Part shown: one piece after another, positions 1 to 8,653 of the stretch
How positions within the stretch are numbered: the stretch's first letter is position 1
Layout of the letters: every line of letters starts with the position of its first letter
Assembly: GCF_017348835.2 (NCBI RefSeq)
Contig: NZ_CP071375.1
Source: Escherichia coli
GTDB lineage: Bacteria > Pseudomonadota > Gammaproteobacteria > Enterobacterales > Enterobacteriaceae
Strand: one strand, 5' to 3'
Length of the DNA stretch: 64,000 bases
Notes under the pieces: model-generated
What the model saw: the letters and a program-made list of their open reading frames with translations, nothing else
Databases searched by the model: none
What the model was told of the DNA's origin: nothing
Program-made: the position numbers and the translations under genes

Positions 1-186
1 CCGTTCTGGCAAGGGCTGTCGCACCTGAACCCAATCGTTTATATGATCAGTGGTTTCCGCTACGGCTTCCTCGGTATCAATGATGTTCCGCTGGTCACTA
101 CCTTTGGCGTACTGGTGGTCTTTATTGTGGCGTTTTATTTGATCTGTTGGTCGCTGATCCAACGTGGACGTGGTTTGCGTAGCTAA
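1..186 (+). CDS. yadH: ABC-2 type transporter permease, 3' end (partial)
   Basis: Frame 1 is open from the window edge to TAA at 184-186; the translation (...GFRYGFLGINDVPLVTTFGVLVVFIVAFYLICWSLIQRGRGLRS) is a hydrophobic membrane-protein C-terminus; position upstream of yadI matches the K-12 order. Confidence 0.7.
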   Translation, partial: PFWQGLSHLNPIVYMISGFRYGFLGINDVPLVTTFGVLVVFIVAFYLICWSLIQRGRGLRS

Positions 187-193
187 GGCTATT

Positions 194-226
194 TCCTCTC
201 CTCTGGATTTGGGGGAGAGGAGTTTT
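194..226 (+). terminator. Hairpin (TCCTCTCC / GGAGAGGA) followed by GTTTT, downstream of yadH
   Basis: Inverted repeat at 194-201 and 214-221 followed by a T-run, read directly from the sequence. Confidence 0.35.
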
Positions 227-290
227 GACGGCTATCACCCTTTATCAACAATGGTCAGGGTAGACTGATTTTCGGCTAAGGAGGAAGGCG

Positions 291-731
291 ATGTTAGGTT
301 GGGTAATTACCTGTCACGATGACCGGGCGCAAGAGATACTGGATGCGCTGGAGAAAAAACATGGGGCACTTCTTCAGTGCCGGGCCGTGAATTTCTGGCG
401 TGGGTTAAGCTCTAATATGCTCAGCCGCATGATGTGCGATGCTCTGCATGAAGCGGACTCTGGTGAGGGTGTCATCTTCTTAACCGATATAGCCGGAGCG
501 CCACCGTACCGCGTGGCTTCATTATTAAGCCACAAACACTCCCGTTGCGAAGTGATTTCTGGTGTCACGTTACCGTTAATTGAACAGATGATGGCTTGCC
601 GTGAAACCATGACCAGTTCAGAGTTTCGCGAGCGTATTGTCGAACTGGGTGGGCCGGAGGTGAGTAGTCTTTGGCACCAACAACAAAAAAATCCACCTTT
701 CGTCCTCAAACATAATTTGTATGAGTATTAA
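291..731 (+). CDS. yadI: Orphan PTS enzyme IIA-like protein (mannose/sorbose family)
   Basis: 146-aa ORF; translation and position match yadI of E. coli; no IIB/IIC/IID genes are adjacent. Confidence 0.85.
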   Translation: MLGWVITCHDDRAQEILDALEKKHGALLQCRAVNFWRGLSSNMLSRMMCDALHEADSGEGVIFLTDIAGAPPYRVASLLSHKHSRCEVISGVTLPLIEQMMACRETMTSSEFRERIVELGGPEVSSLWHQQQKNPPFVLKHNLYEY

Positions 732-794
732 CCCACGATTCTTATAGCGCTTTTGCTACAATAAAAGCGTTGTTTCACCCTCGGTTATTTTTTC

Positions 795-2024
795 ATGTAC
801 AAACAAGCTGTTATTCTCCTGCTGATGCTGTTTACCGCAAGTGTCAGTGCCGCGTTACCTGCCCGTTATATGCAAACCATCGAAAATGCTGCGGTCTGGG
901 CGCAAATTGGCGACAAGATGGTGACCGTGGGGAATATTCGGGCCGGACAAATCATTGCCGTGGAGCCCACTGCCGCAAGTTATTACGCATTTAATTTTGG
1001 CTTTGGTAAAGGGTTTATCGATAAAGGGCATCTCGAGCCGGTTCAGGGGCGACAAAAAGTTGAAGACGGTTTGGGTGACCTCAACAAGCCGCTGAGTAAT
1101 CAGAACTTAGTTACCTGGAAAGATACGCCGGTCTATAACGCGCCGAGTGTGGGCAGTGCGCCATTTGGGGTACTGGCGGACAATTTGCGCTACCCGATTT
1201 TGCATAAACTGAAAGACAGGTTAAATCAAACCTGGTATCAGGTCCGTATTGGCGATCGACTGGCCTATATCAGCGCGCTGGATGCCCAACCCGATAATGG
1301 CCTTCCGGTGCTAACCTATCATCATATTCTGCGCGACGAAGAAAACACCCGTTTTCGCCACACTTCGACGACCACCTCGGTACGCGCTTTCAATAACCAG
1401 ATGGCCTGGCTGCGCGACAGGGGATACGCGACACTGAGCATGGTGCAGCTGGAAGGCTACGTGAAGAATAAGATCAATCTCCCTGCGCGAGCGGTGGTGA
1501 TTACCTTTGATGATGGCCTCAAGTCGGTGAGCCGCTATGCGTATCCTGTGTTGAAACAATATGGCATGAAGGCGACGGCGTTTATTGTTACCTCACGCAT
1601 CAAACGTCACCCGCAGAAGTGGAACCCAAAATCGCTGCAATTTATGAGCGTTTCTGAGCTTAACGAAATTCGCGATGTTTTTGATTTTCAGTCACATACC
1701 CATTTTTTGCATCGGGTGGATGGCTATCGCCGCCCCATATTACTGAGTCGTAGTGAGCACAATATTCTGTTTGATTTTGCACGTTCACGCCGCGCTCTGG
1801 CGCAATTTAATCCGCATGTCTGGTATCTTTCGTATCCGTTTGGCGGATTTAATGACAAAGCCGTGAAGGCAGCAAACGATGCCGGATTTCACTTGGCGGT
1901 GACAACCATGAAAGGCAAAGTAAAACCGGGGGATAATCCGTTGTTACTAAAACGACTTTATATCTTAAGAACGGATTCGCTCGAGACGATGTCGCGGCTG
2001 GTGAGTAACCAGCCGCAGGGATAA
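795..2024 (+). CDS. yadE: Secreted polysaccharide deacetylase-family protein
   Basis: 409-aa ORF with an N-terminal signal peptide ([19 protein letters not shown]); the C-terminal half resembles a NodB-type deacetylase; position between yadI and panD. Confidence 0.85.
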   Translation: MYKQAVILLLMLFTASVSAALPARYMQTIENAAVWAQIGDKMVTVGNIRAGQIIAVEPTAASYYAFNFGFGKGFIDKGHLEPVQGRQKVEDGLGDLNKPLSNQNLVTWKDTPVYNAPSVGSAPFGVLADNLRYPILHKLKDRLNQTWYQVRIGDRLAYISALDAQPDNGLPVLTYHHILRDEENTRFRHTSTTTSVRAFNNQMAWLRDRGYATLSMVQLEGYVKNKINLPARAVVITFDDGLKSVSRYAYPVLKQYGMKATAFIVTSRIKRHPQKWNPKSLQFMSVSELNEIRDVFDFQSHTHFLHRVDGYRRPILLSRSEHNILFDFARSRRALAQFNPHVWYLSYPFGGFNDKAVKAANDAGFHLAVTTMKGKVKPGDNPLLLKRLYILRTDSLETMSRLVSNQPQG

Positions 2025-2027
2025 CAA

Positions 2028-2408
2028 TCAAGCAACCTGTACCGGAATCGCTTTCGCGGTACGTTTCATTTCATTGTCGCCTTCAAAATAGGCGACGTTG
2101 GGTCGCCAGGTGCGAGCTTCTTCATCTGGCATGGTAACGAAGCTAGCGATGATGACAATATCGCCGACACTGGCGCAGTGGGCCGCCGCACCGTTAACAG
2201 AAATAATTCTCGAACCGCGTTCTGCCGCGATGGCATAAGTGGAGAAACGCTTGCCGTTGGTGACATTCCAGATATCAATGGCTTCGTTTTCGAGAATACC
2301 GGCTGCGTCAAGAAAATCCTGGTCAATGGCGCAAGAACCTTCATAGTGCAGGTCCGCATGAGTCACTTTCACGCGGTGGAGTTTGCCCTGCAGCATCGTG
2401 CGAATCAT
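2028..2408 (-). CDS. panD: Aspartate 1-decarboxylase proenzyme
   Basis: 126-aa [36 protein letters not shown]..., with the characteristic G-S self-cleavage site context (YEGSCAID). Confidence 0.95.
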
Positions 2409-2681
2409 AACTTCTACCTTTCTACCCTGTCGTTAACGAAGCAGGCGGTGCCTGCTTTGAGGAAATTCTCACGCAGTATTGCCCGATTTTTGTTTAGTGT
2501 CTACTCATCTGACGGCATTTGCATCAGCAGTTTGCGTACCGCGCCGAAGTGTGCCATGTATCGCCTGTAACGAATTGATATTTCTCTGAACGCTGCTCGG
2601 TAAACAATAAAGAGGTGGCTGACGACGGCGCGCCTTGGCTGGATACTGCCTTCACGCAAGACAACACGGAAGACAGGGAAG

Positions 2682-3554
2682 ATGGATGCACCGAGTACTA
2701 CACCGCATGACGCGGTATTTAAACAATTTTTAATGCATGCGGAGACGGCTCGCGACTTTCTGGAGATACATTTGCCAGTGGAATTACGCGAACTTTGTGA
2801 CCTCAACACGCTTCATTTAGAGTCGGGGAGTTTCATTGAAGAGAGCCTGAAAGGACACAGCACGGACGTGCTCTATTCCGTGCAAATGCAGGGCAATCCC
2901 GGTTATCTGCATGTTGTGATTGAACACCAAAGCAAGCCGGATAAGAAAATGGCCTTTCGCATGATGCGTTATTCTATAGCCGCCATGCATCGGCATCTGG
3001 AGGCGGATCACGACAAACTACCGCTGGTAGTGCCGATTCTCTTTTATCAGGGCGAGGCCACACCTTATCCGCTCTCAATGTGCTGGTTTGATATGTTTTA
3101 CTCTCCGGAGCTGGCGCGACGCGTCTATAACAGTCCTTTCCCGCTGGTGGATATCACCATCACACCGGATGACGAAATCATGCAACATCGGCGGATTGCG
3201 ATTCTCGAACTACTGCAAAAACATATTCGCCAGCGCGACTTAATGTTATTGCTGGAGCAACTGGTCACGCTGATTGACGAAGGGTACACTAGCGGAAGTC
3301 AGTTAGTTGCCATGCAAAACTATATGCTGCAACGCGGTCATACTGAACAAGCGGATTTGTTTTATGGTGTGCTGAGAGACAGGGAAACGGGAGGGGAGTC
3401 TATGATGACGCTGGCGCAGTGGTTTGAAGAGAGGGGAAGACAGGAGGAAAGGCAAGAATTCGTCCTGCGTCTTCTGAATAAAGGAATGTCTCGGGAAGAC
3501 GTTGCAGAGATGGCAAATTTACCCCTTGCCGAGATTGATAAGCTGATTAACTAA
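2682..3554 (+). CDS. rpnC: Rpn-family (YhgA-like, transposase_31 / PD-(D/E)XK) recombination-promoting nuclease
   Basis: 290-aa ORF beginning MDAPSTTPHDAVFKQFLMHAETARDFLEIHLP, typical of the YhgA/Rpn family N-terminus; sits between panD and panC as yadD/rpnC does in E. coli. Confidence 0.85.
   Translation: MDAPSTTPHDAVFKQFLMHAETARDFLEIHLPVELRELCDLNTLHLESGSFIEESLKGHSTDVLYSVQMQGNPGYLHVVIEHQSKPDKKMAFRMMRYSIAAMHRHLEADHDKLPLVVPILFYQGEATPYPLSMCWFDMFYSPELARRVYNSPFPLVDITITPDDEIMQHRRIAILELLQKHIRQRDLMLLLEQLVTLIDEGYTSGSQLVAMQNYMLQRGHTEQADLFYGVLRDRETGGESMMTLAQWFEERGRQEERQEFVLRLLNKGMSREDVAEMANLPLAEIDKLIN
3402..3554 (+). CDS. Candidate internally initiated small protein (RpnS-like C-terminal tail of RpnC), in frame with rpnC
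   Basis: In-frame ATGATG at 3402-3407 preceded by a strong purine-rich SD-like motif GGGAGGGGAG (3389-3398); would encode about 50 aa (MMTLAQWFEERGRQ...EIDKLIN). Translation is not demonstrated. Confidence 0.35.
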   Translation: MMTLAQWFEERGRQEERQEFVLRLLNKGMSREDVAEMANLPLAEIDKLIN

Positions 3555-3823
3555 GTTGTCTGCATCATCAGTTATAGCCAGATAATTGTTATTGTTAACT
3601 GACCAGATAATTAAGGGAACCTATGGAAATAAAGACACGGAGAGAAACCAGGCAGACGTTGGCGCAGTGGTTTGAAGAGAAGGGATTTCAGAAGGGATAT
3701 CAAGAGGAACTCCAGAAGGTAAGACAGGAATTCGCCCAGCGTTTTCTAAGTAAAGGGATGTCTCGGGAAGACGTTGCAGAGGTGACAACTTTACCTCTTA
3801 CAGAGATTGATAAGCTAATTAAC
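3408..3823 (+). repeat. Diverged tandem direct repeat (about 145 bp and 168 bp copies) covering the rpnC tail-coding segment
   Basis: Copy 1 at about 3408-3551 and copy 2 at about 3656-3823 share long identical stretches (for example atgtctcgggaagacgttgcagag, ggcgcagtggtttgaagaga); copy 2 carries an extra insertion of about 24-33 bp. Confidence 0.7.
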
Positions 3824-3832
3824 TCTAACTAA
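3623..3832 (+). CDS. Stand-alone small ORF homologous to the RpnC C-terminal tail (duplicated RpnS-like module)
   Basis: 69-aa ORF (…LAQWFEEKG…GMSREDVAEVTTLPLTEIDKLINSN) with an AAGGGA SD 6-8 nt upstream; clear protein and nucleotide similarity to the rpnC 3' end. Confidence 0.5.
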   Translation: MEIKTRRETRQTLAQWFEEKGFQKGYQEELQKVRQEFAQRFLSKGMSREDVAEVTTLPLTEIDKLINSN

Positions 3833-3927
3833 ATTGCCAGCGATATGAATAATCACTTACAGACGTCATCGCCATGACGTAGGGCAAATTAATAACTGGC
3901 GCCATCAGCCGTAGCGCCAGTTAAGTA

Positions 3928-4779
3928 TTACGCCAGTTCGACCATTTTGTTGTCGATCAGGCGGGCATCGCCAAGCCAGGCGGCTACCAGAATCACAGCT
4001 CGTTTGCTGGTTTCAGAGACTTCCAGCAACGTGTCGGCATCGCGAATCTGAATATCATCGGCGCGGAAGCCTTTTTCATTCAGTTCTTGCCCGGCAATAG
4101 CAATAATTTCATCGAGATCCCGTTCGCCAGCCTGCAATTTGTCGGCAATTGAACTTAAAACTTTGTACAGACCGGGCGCAATTTTGCGTTGTTCCGCTGT
4201 CAGATAACCGTTACGGGAACTCAGCGCCAGACCGTCTTTGGCGCGCATAATTGGCACACCGACAATCTCAATATCAAAGCCCATATCAGCAACCATTTTG
4301 CGGATCAGCGCCAGTTGCTGAAAATCTTTTTCACCGAAGCAGGCGATGTCCGGCTGGACCAGGTTGAACAGCTTGCTGACAATAGTCGAAACGCCGCGAA
4401 AATGGCCAGGACGGCTGGCACCTTCCAGCATGGTGGAAAGACCAGGAACGTCAACGTAAGTGTGGGTTTCAGTACCGTTCGGGTAGATCTCTTTTACCGA
4501 AGGGGCGAAAACTAAATCCACTTTACGTTTGTTTAGCTTTTCGCAGTCTTCCTGCAAGGTCCGTGGATAACGTGCCAGATCTTCCGGGCGGTCAAACTGC
4601 ATTGGGTTAACGAAAATACTGACGACGACCACATCGGCGCGGGCTTTGGCTTCGTCGACCAGCTTCATATGGCCATCGTGCAGGTTACCCATAGTAGGCA
4701 CCAGCGCCACGCGCTTGCCTTCCATACGCAGGCGGCGAATTTGCTGACGCAGCAGCGGCAGGGTTTCGATAATTAACAC
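3928..4779 (-). CDS. panC: Pantothenate synthetase (pantoate-beta-alanine ligase)
   Basis: 283-aa [40 protein letters not shown]..., carrying the HxGH motif. Confidence 0.95.
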   Translation of the reverse strand: MLIIETLPLLRQQIRRLRMEGKRVALVPTMGNLHDGHMKLVDEAKARADVVVVSIFVNPMQFDRPEDLARYPRTLQEDCEKLNKRKVDLVFAPSVKEIYPNGTETHTYVDVPGLSTMLEGASRPGHFRGVSTIVSKLFNLVQPDIACFGEKDFQQLALIRKMVADMGFDIEIVGVPIMRAKDGLALSSRNGYLTAEQRKIAPGLYKVLSSIADKLQAGERDLDEIIAIAGQELNEKGFRADDIQIRDADTLLEVSETSKRAVILVAAWLGDARLIDNKMVELA

Positions 4780-4790
4780 AACGTGACTCC

Positions 4791-5582
4791 TTAATGGAAA
4801 CTGTGTTCTTCGCCCGGATATACGCCGGACTCCACTTCAGCCATATACTGCCGCACAGCTGCGCGGATGTCGCCCGTTTCAGCAAGGAAATTTTTGGCAA
4901 ATTTAGGGATATGACCGCCAGTAATACCGAAGGCGTCGTGCATGACGAGGATCTGCCCGTCGGTGACGTTACCTGCGCCGATACCGATAACCGGAATAGC
5001 CAGCGCCTCGGTAATACGTTTTGCCAGTTCAACTGGTACGCATTCCAGCACCAGCAACTGTGCACCAGCGGCTTCTAAGGCTAATGCATCGCTGAGCAGT
5101 TGATCGCCTGCCTCGCCACGCCCTTGTACTTTGTAGCCGCCGAAAATGTTCACTGACTGCGGCGTTAAACCTAAATGACCACATACCGGAACCGCGCGTT
5201 CAGTCAGCATCTGCACGGTTTCCACCAGCCATGCGCCACCTTCGATTTTGACCATATTGGCTCCGGCACGCATTACTGTGGCGGCATTTTCAAAGGCCTG
5301 TTCCGGCGTGGCATACGCCATAAACGGCAGGTCAGCCAACAACAGGCAGTTTGGCGCGCCACGACGTACGGCGGCAGTGTGGTAGGCGATATCAGCAACG
5401 GTAACTGGCAGGGTGGAGTCGTGCCCCTGAACCGTCATGCCCAGCGAGTCGCCTACCAGCATGACGTTAAGTCCTTCATCGGTAAAGAGTTTGGCGAAGC
5501 TATAGTCGTAAGCGGTGATGGTCGCGAAACGTTTTTTTTCCTGTTTGCATTTTTGCAATGAAGCAATGGTGGTCGGTTTCAT
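4791..5582 (-). CDS. panB: 3-methyl-2-oxobutanoate hydroxymethyltransferase
   Basis: 263-aa [36 protein letters not shown]...; adjacent to panC. Confidence 0.95.
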   Translation of the reverse strand: MKPTTIASLQKCKQEKKRFATITAYDYSFAKLFTDEGLNVMLVGDSLGMTVQGHDSTLPVTVADIAYHTAAVRRGAPNCLLLADLPFMAYATPEQAFENAATVMRAGANMVKIEGGAWLVETVQMLTERAVPVCGHLGLTPQSVNIFGGYKVQGRGEAGDQLLSDALALEAAGAQLLVLECVPVELAKRITEALAIPVIGIGAGNVTDGQILVMHDAFGITGGHIPKFAKNFLAETGDIRAAVRQYMAEVESGVYPGEEHSFH

Positions 5583-5661
5583 AACGTGTCCTGATGGCTA
5601 AAGTCAGATCTGTTCGCATTCTAACAGCCGAAATCAGGGGGGCAATGGTTTTTAGTGTGGG

Positions 5662-5695
5662 GAAAACGTTCGCACCAGAGCAGAACTCTGGTGCG
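5662..5695 (-). terminator. Rho-independent terminator at the 3' end of the yad fimbrial operon
   Basis: 10-bp perfect stem (5671-5680 and 5686-5695) with a 5-nt loop; on the minus strand it is followed by a T-tract. Confidence 0.5.
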
Positions 5696-5718
5696 ATGAG
5701 GAGGGAATAACGTTTTAC

Positions 5719-6840
5719 TTATTCGTAGGTAAAGGAGAAGGTCGCGTTACCGGAGAATGTTCCTGTTCCGATAGGTTTACCACTGCCATCGGGGACGAGT
5801 TGTGCTGTAAAAGGGAATGACAACAAGTTATTCGACCAGACAGGGAAGTTATAATCAATGGAAGCAACGCCATCTGGTTTTAATAACACTTTGCTATCAT
5901 TATAAGTTGAATTAACTCTTACAGCCACGCCTGTGGCAGAGCCAGTTGTTTTACCCACCAGATTTTTGTCAGTGGCTGCATTTGCAGCCGTCAGCTTAAC
6001 CGTAATCTTGCTGGCATAACAATACTCACCACGGATAGCAAAGGGAACTTCTCGGGTAAGACCATTTTTAACTTCGGATACGTAACTGTTACCTAACTGG
6101 ATTTCTGTGCCACTCACATTGCCTTTGTCCTGATCCAGGGTAATCATTGAACAGGTTGGTTGGTCAACGTAAAAGTGAACGGCACTATCCTGAACAGTAA
6201 AGTTTACCCATGCCTGGGTATTATCACCTATATACCAGGAAGCAATTTTTCCTGGCAAGGCATATCCTTCGAAAACCCCATTTTGAGGTTTAAATTCCGG
6301 CGTCCAGTAAAAACGAAAACGCAAATACCAGTCGTTGTCACTGTATTCATAAGCCCACTTGGTATCGCTGGCCGGTATGAAGTTATCTGCGCCGCTTTGT
6401 GCAGGTAAAACTAAATCAAGTTCATCTGCAGCACCACAGCTTATACATACCAATTCTACGGAGTAGACAATACCAGGAACTGTTGTTTTTAATAATGCGC
6501 CATTATCTTTCGAAACATAGGTTGATAACAAACCTGCATCCGCAGTGTTAAGAAAGTGTACTGAAGTAGTACCCCCTATATCGGACTTACATCCAATCGT
6601 CTCACCGTTCCTGTCCTTAAGTTTAATATTTGTATCATGAACCATGTCGCTTATTTCTTGTGGCGAAGATACCATTTGCGTTGTTATACTTTCAACCTCA
6701 GGGTTTATGACCATGTCATAAGTTCCCCCCGCCCATTTTTCTATATAACATTCCATCGCAGATGCAGACAAGGAGCACATAAAAAATAACAGTATTGCAC
6801 TGCATAACTGTCGTAACAGTTTATTGCCTTTCCTTTGCAT
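5719..6840 (-). CDS. yadC: Fimbrial tip adhesin-like protein (two-domain pilin)
   Basis: 373-aa ORF with a signal peptide; the C-terminal pilin domain ends ...GNATFSFTYE (conserved donor-strand acceptor terminus); last gene of the chaperone-usher operon. Confidence 0.85.
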   Translation of the reverse strand: MQRKGNKLLRQLCSAILLFFMCSLSASAMECYIEKWAGGTYDMVINPEVESITTQMVSSPQEISDMVHDTNIKLKDRNGETIGCKSDIGGTTSVHFLNTADAGLLSTYVSKDNGALLKTTVPGIVYSVELVCISCGAADELDLVLPAQSGADNFIPASDTKWAYEYSDNDWYLRFRFYWTPEFKPQNGVFEGYALPGKIASWYIGDNTQAWVNFTVQDSAVHFYVDQPTCSMITLDQDKGNVSGTEIQLGNSYVSEVKNGLTREVPFAIRGEYCYASKITVKLTAANAATDKNLVGKTTGSATGVAVRVNSTYNDSKVLLKPDGVASIDYNFPVWSNNLLSFPFTAQLVPDGSGKPIGTGTFSGNATFSFTYE

Positions 6841-6851
6841 AATTATCCTTA

Positions 6852-7442
6852 TTATTCGTAAGAAACATTAACAATAACCTGGCTTCTCACCATCCCCGAC
6901 TCGGGTGGGAGAGCATTATTCACCCGTTGCATACGGGAATAAAAGGTCCAGGTTGACGGAACAGCATTGCCTGGAGCGACAGAATAAATCGCCGTTGAGG
7001 AACCGTCCGTTCCCCGCACGTTAAAGGTCTGCTGATTCGGCTGTGCCGAAAATATTACAATGCCGACGTTTTTTGCCCCGGTAGCCTGCTGTTCATATTC
7101 ATTACTAAAAATTTGATTATTCACCTGCGCAAGCGAACCTGCCTGCGGCTGAAAATCTAATTTCATTTGCGACTGGGTCGTTTGAATATTATCGCAGGCG
7201 ACCACGTTAACATTAAACGTCTTGCCACCCGCATAATCCGTTGTTGGAGTTACGTTGTCGGCAAAATAGTCCAGGGTCACACTGCCGAGATCCACCACGC
7301 CATTATTACTCACTTCAACCTGACAGGTACTGGCGACAATCTGCGCGGTGAGATTCACATCCTGACCAGCATAGGCAAAAGGCGTTATGAGGGCTGTTGC
7401 CAGCCCCAAAAAACATACAAATTTATGATGCCTGCATAGCAT
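6852..7442 (-). CDS. yadK: Fimbrial subunit
   Basis: 196-aa ORF with a signal peptide and a pilin-like C-terminus (...VNVSYE). Confidence 0.85.
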   Translation of the reverse strand: MLCRHHKFVCFLGLATALITPFAYAGQDVNLTAQIVASTCQVEVSNNGVVDLGSVTLDYFADNVTPTTDYAGGKTFNVNVVACDNIQTTQSQMKLDFQPQAGSLAQVNNQIFSNEYEQQATGAKNVGIVIFSAQPNQQTFNVRGTDGSSTAIYSVAPGNAVPSTWTFYSRMQRVNNALPPESGMVRSQVIVNVSYE

Positions 7443-7462
7443 TCTAATATCCTTATCTGCTA

Positions 7463-8074
7463 TTACTGATAAGTGATAGTGAAGGTGGTGGGAGAAAGAA
7501 ACTCGCCCGGTAATACATCATTAACCGTTCTTCCATCGGCGATAATCATCCGCGCACTTAAATCGTAATCATAAGGCTGTGTTGTACTGGCATTAGAAAG
7601 ATCAACCGTGATGACGTTTCGTTGAACACAACTGAGTTGCTGACTGCCGCTTCCCTCGGGGGTCGTAGTCGTCCATACTTCGACCGCTGCTCTGCTTGAA
7701 CCACCAGCGCCGGAGGAAATTGAATTTGCAAAGCCGGCAGTGTTAGACTGACCGCCAGCGCAACCCGTACCAGGCCTGGGCGCTAAAACGAGTTGAGCAC
7801 TCTTCCCTGGAAGACCGGCACAATCACTGAAGCGGATTTTGAATGGTTGCACTTTGCTTTTTGCCGCTAACTCAGAAATATAAACATTGCCCAGGGCAAC
7901 AGTATCTGTCGCTTTATTGCTGGAATCCAGAACCTGAGCACTACAGGTACCCATAGTCAGGTTACTGTTTACGGTTAAAGATGCAGAAGTAGTACTCGCA
8001 TAGGCGAGATTTGAATTAAAGCTTGCACCTACGGCAACAGTAGCAATCAGTGTGGCGATGACTTTTAATTTCAT
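7463..8074 (-). CDS. yadL: Fimbrial subunit
   Basis: 203-aa ORF with signal peptide MKLKVIATLIATVAVGASFNSNLAYA and C-terminus ...TFTITYQ. Confidence 0.85.
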   Translation of the reverse strand: MKLKVIATLIATVAVGASFNSNLAYASTTSASLTVNSNLTMGTCSAQVLDSSNKATDTVALGNVYISELAAKSKVQPFKIRFSDCAGLPGKSAQLVLAPRPGTGCAGGQSNTAGFANSISSGAGGSSRAAVEVWTTTTPEGSGSQQLSCVQRNVITVDLSNASTTQPYDYDLSARMIIADGRTVNDVLPGEFLSPTTFTITYQ

Positions 8075-8088
8075 GGTGGCTGTCCCTG

Positions 8089-8652
8089 TTATTCGTAGGT
8101 GAAGTTAAAGGTGGCTTTTGCCTGAAACGCACCGGTGCGTCCCGCTCCCGCCGTGGTTTCGCGCAGTGCAACGGTCAGAGGCACACCGTTAGTTTTCTCA
8201 TCGGAAGACCATTCAAATTTGTCAGTATTATTGGGCGTGAAGAAAGCCGAGTCTGCGGCATCTCTACGCTTAATACCCATACCCACACCAGCAGCGCCAG
8301 AGCTTGCTTCATTGACAATCAACTTGCCTGAAACAGACGTTCCTGTAAGTGTGGTAAAAATTTTTGAGTAACCATCGCTGCAATCTTTAGCCTTTAATTT
8401 AAAGTTGGCTTGCGCTGCAACATCACCAGTGACAACTTTGTCCAGGCCAACATCAGGAATGGTCAGGCTGTATTCATCGTTACCGCTACTGGTCACCACG
8501 GGGCCACCATCTTGTTCAATGGTTATCGTACAGGTGGTGGCGAGTACAGTGGCCGTAAAATCGACTTTGAGATCTGTTGCAGAGCCAACTGCCGGTAAAC
8601 CCAGGCCTATTAACGCGGATGTTAGTAGTATCCTTTTCATAGAATTTTCCAT
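8089..8652 (-). CDS. yadM: Fimbrial subunit
   Basis: 187-aa ORF with a signal peptide and C-terminus ...KATFNFTYE. Confidence 0.85.
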   Translation of the reverse strand: MENSMKRILLTSALIGLGLPAVGSATDLKVDFTATVLATTCTITIEQDGGPVVTSSGNDEYSLTIPDVGLDKVVTGDVAAQANFKLKAKDCSDGYSKIFTTLTGTSVSGKLIVNEASSGAAGVGMGIKRRDAADSAFFTPNNTDKFEWSSDEKTNGVPLTVALRETTAGAGRTGAFQAKATFNFTYE

Positions 8653-8653
8653 A

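Noticed and set aside
2682-3554. yadD/rpnC as an active transposase or IS element
   Set aside because: Although the family is historically labelled transposase-like, I see no terminal inverted repeats or target-site duplications flanking the gene; the only repeat is the internal tandem duplication of the tail-coding segment. It is treated as a chromosomal Rpn nuclease gene, not a mobile element.
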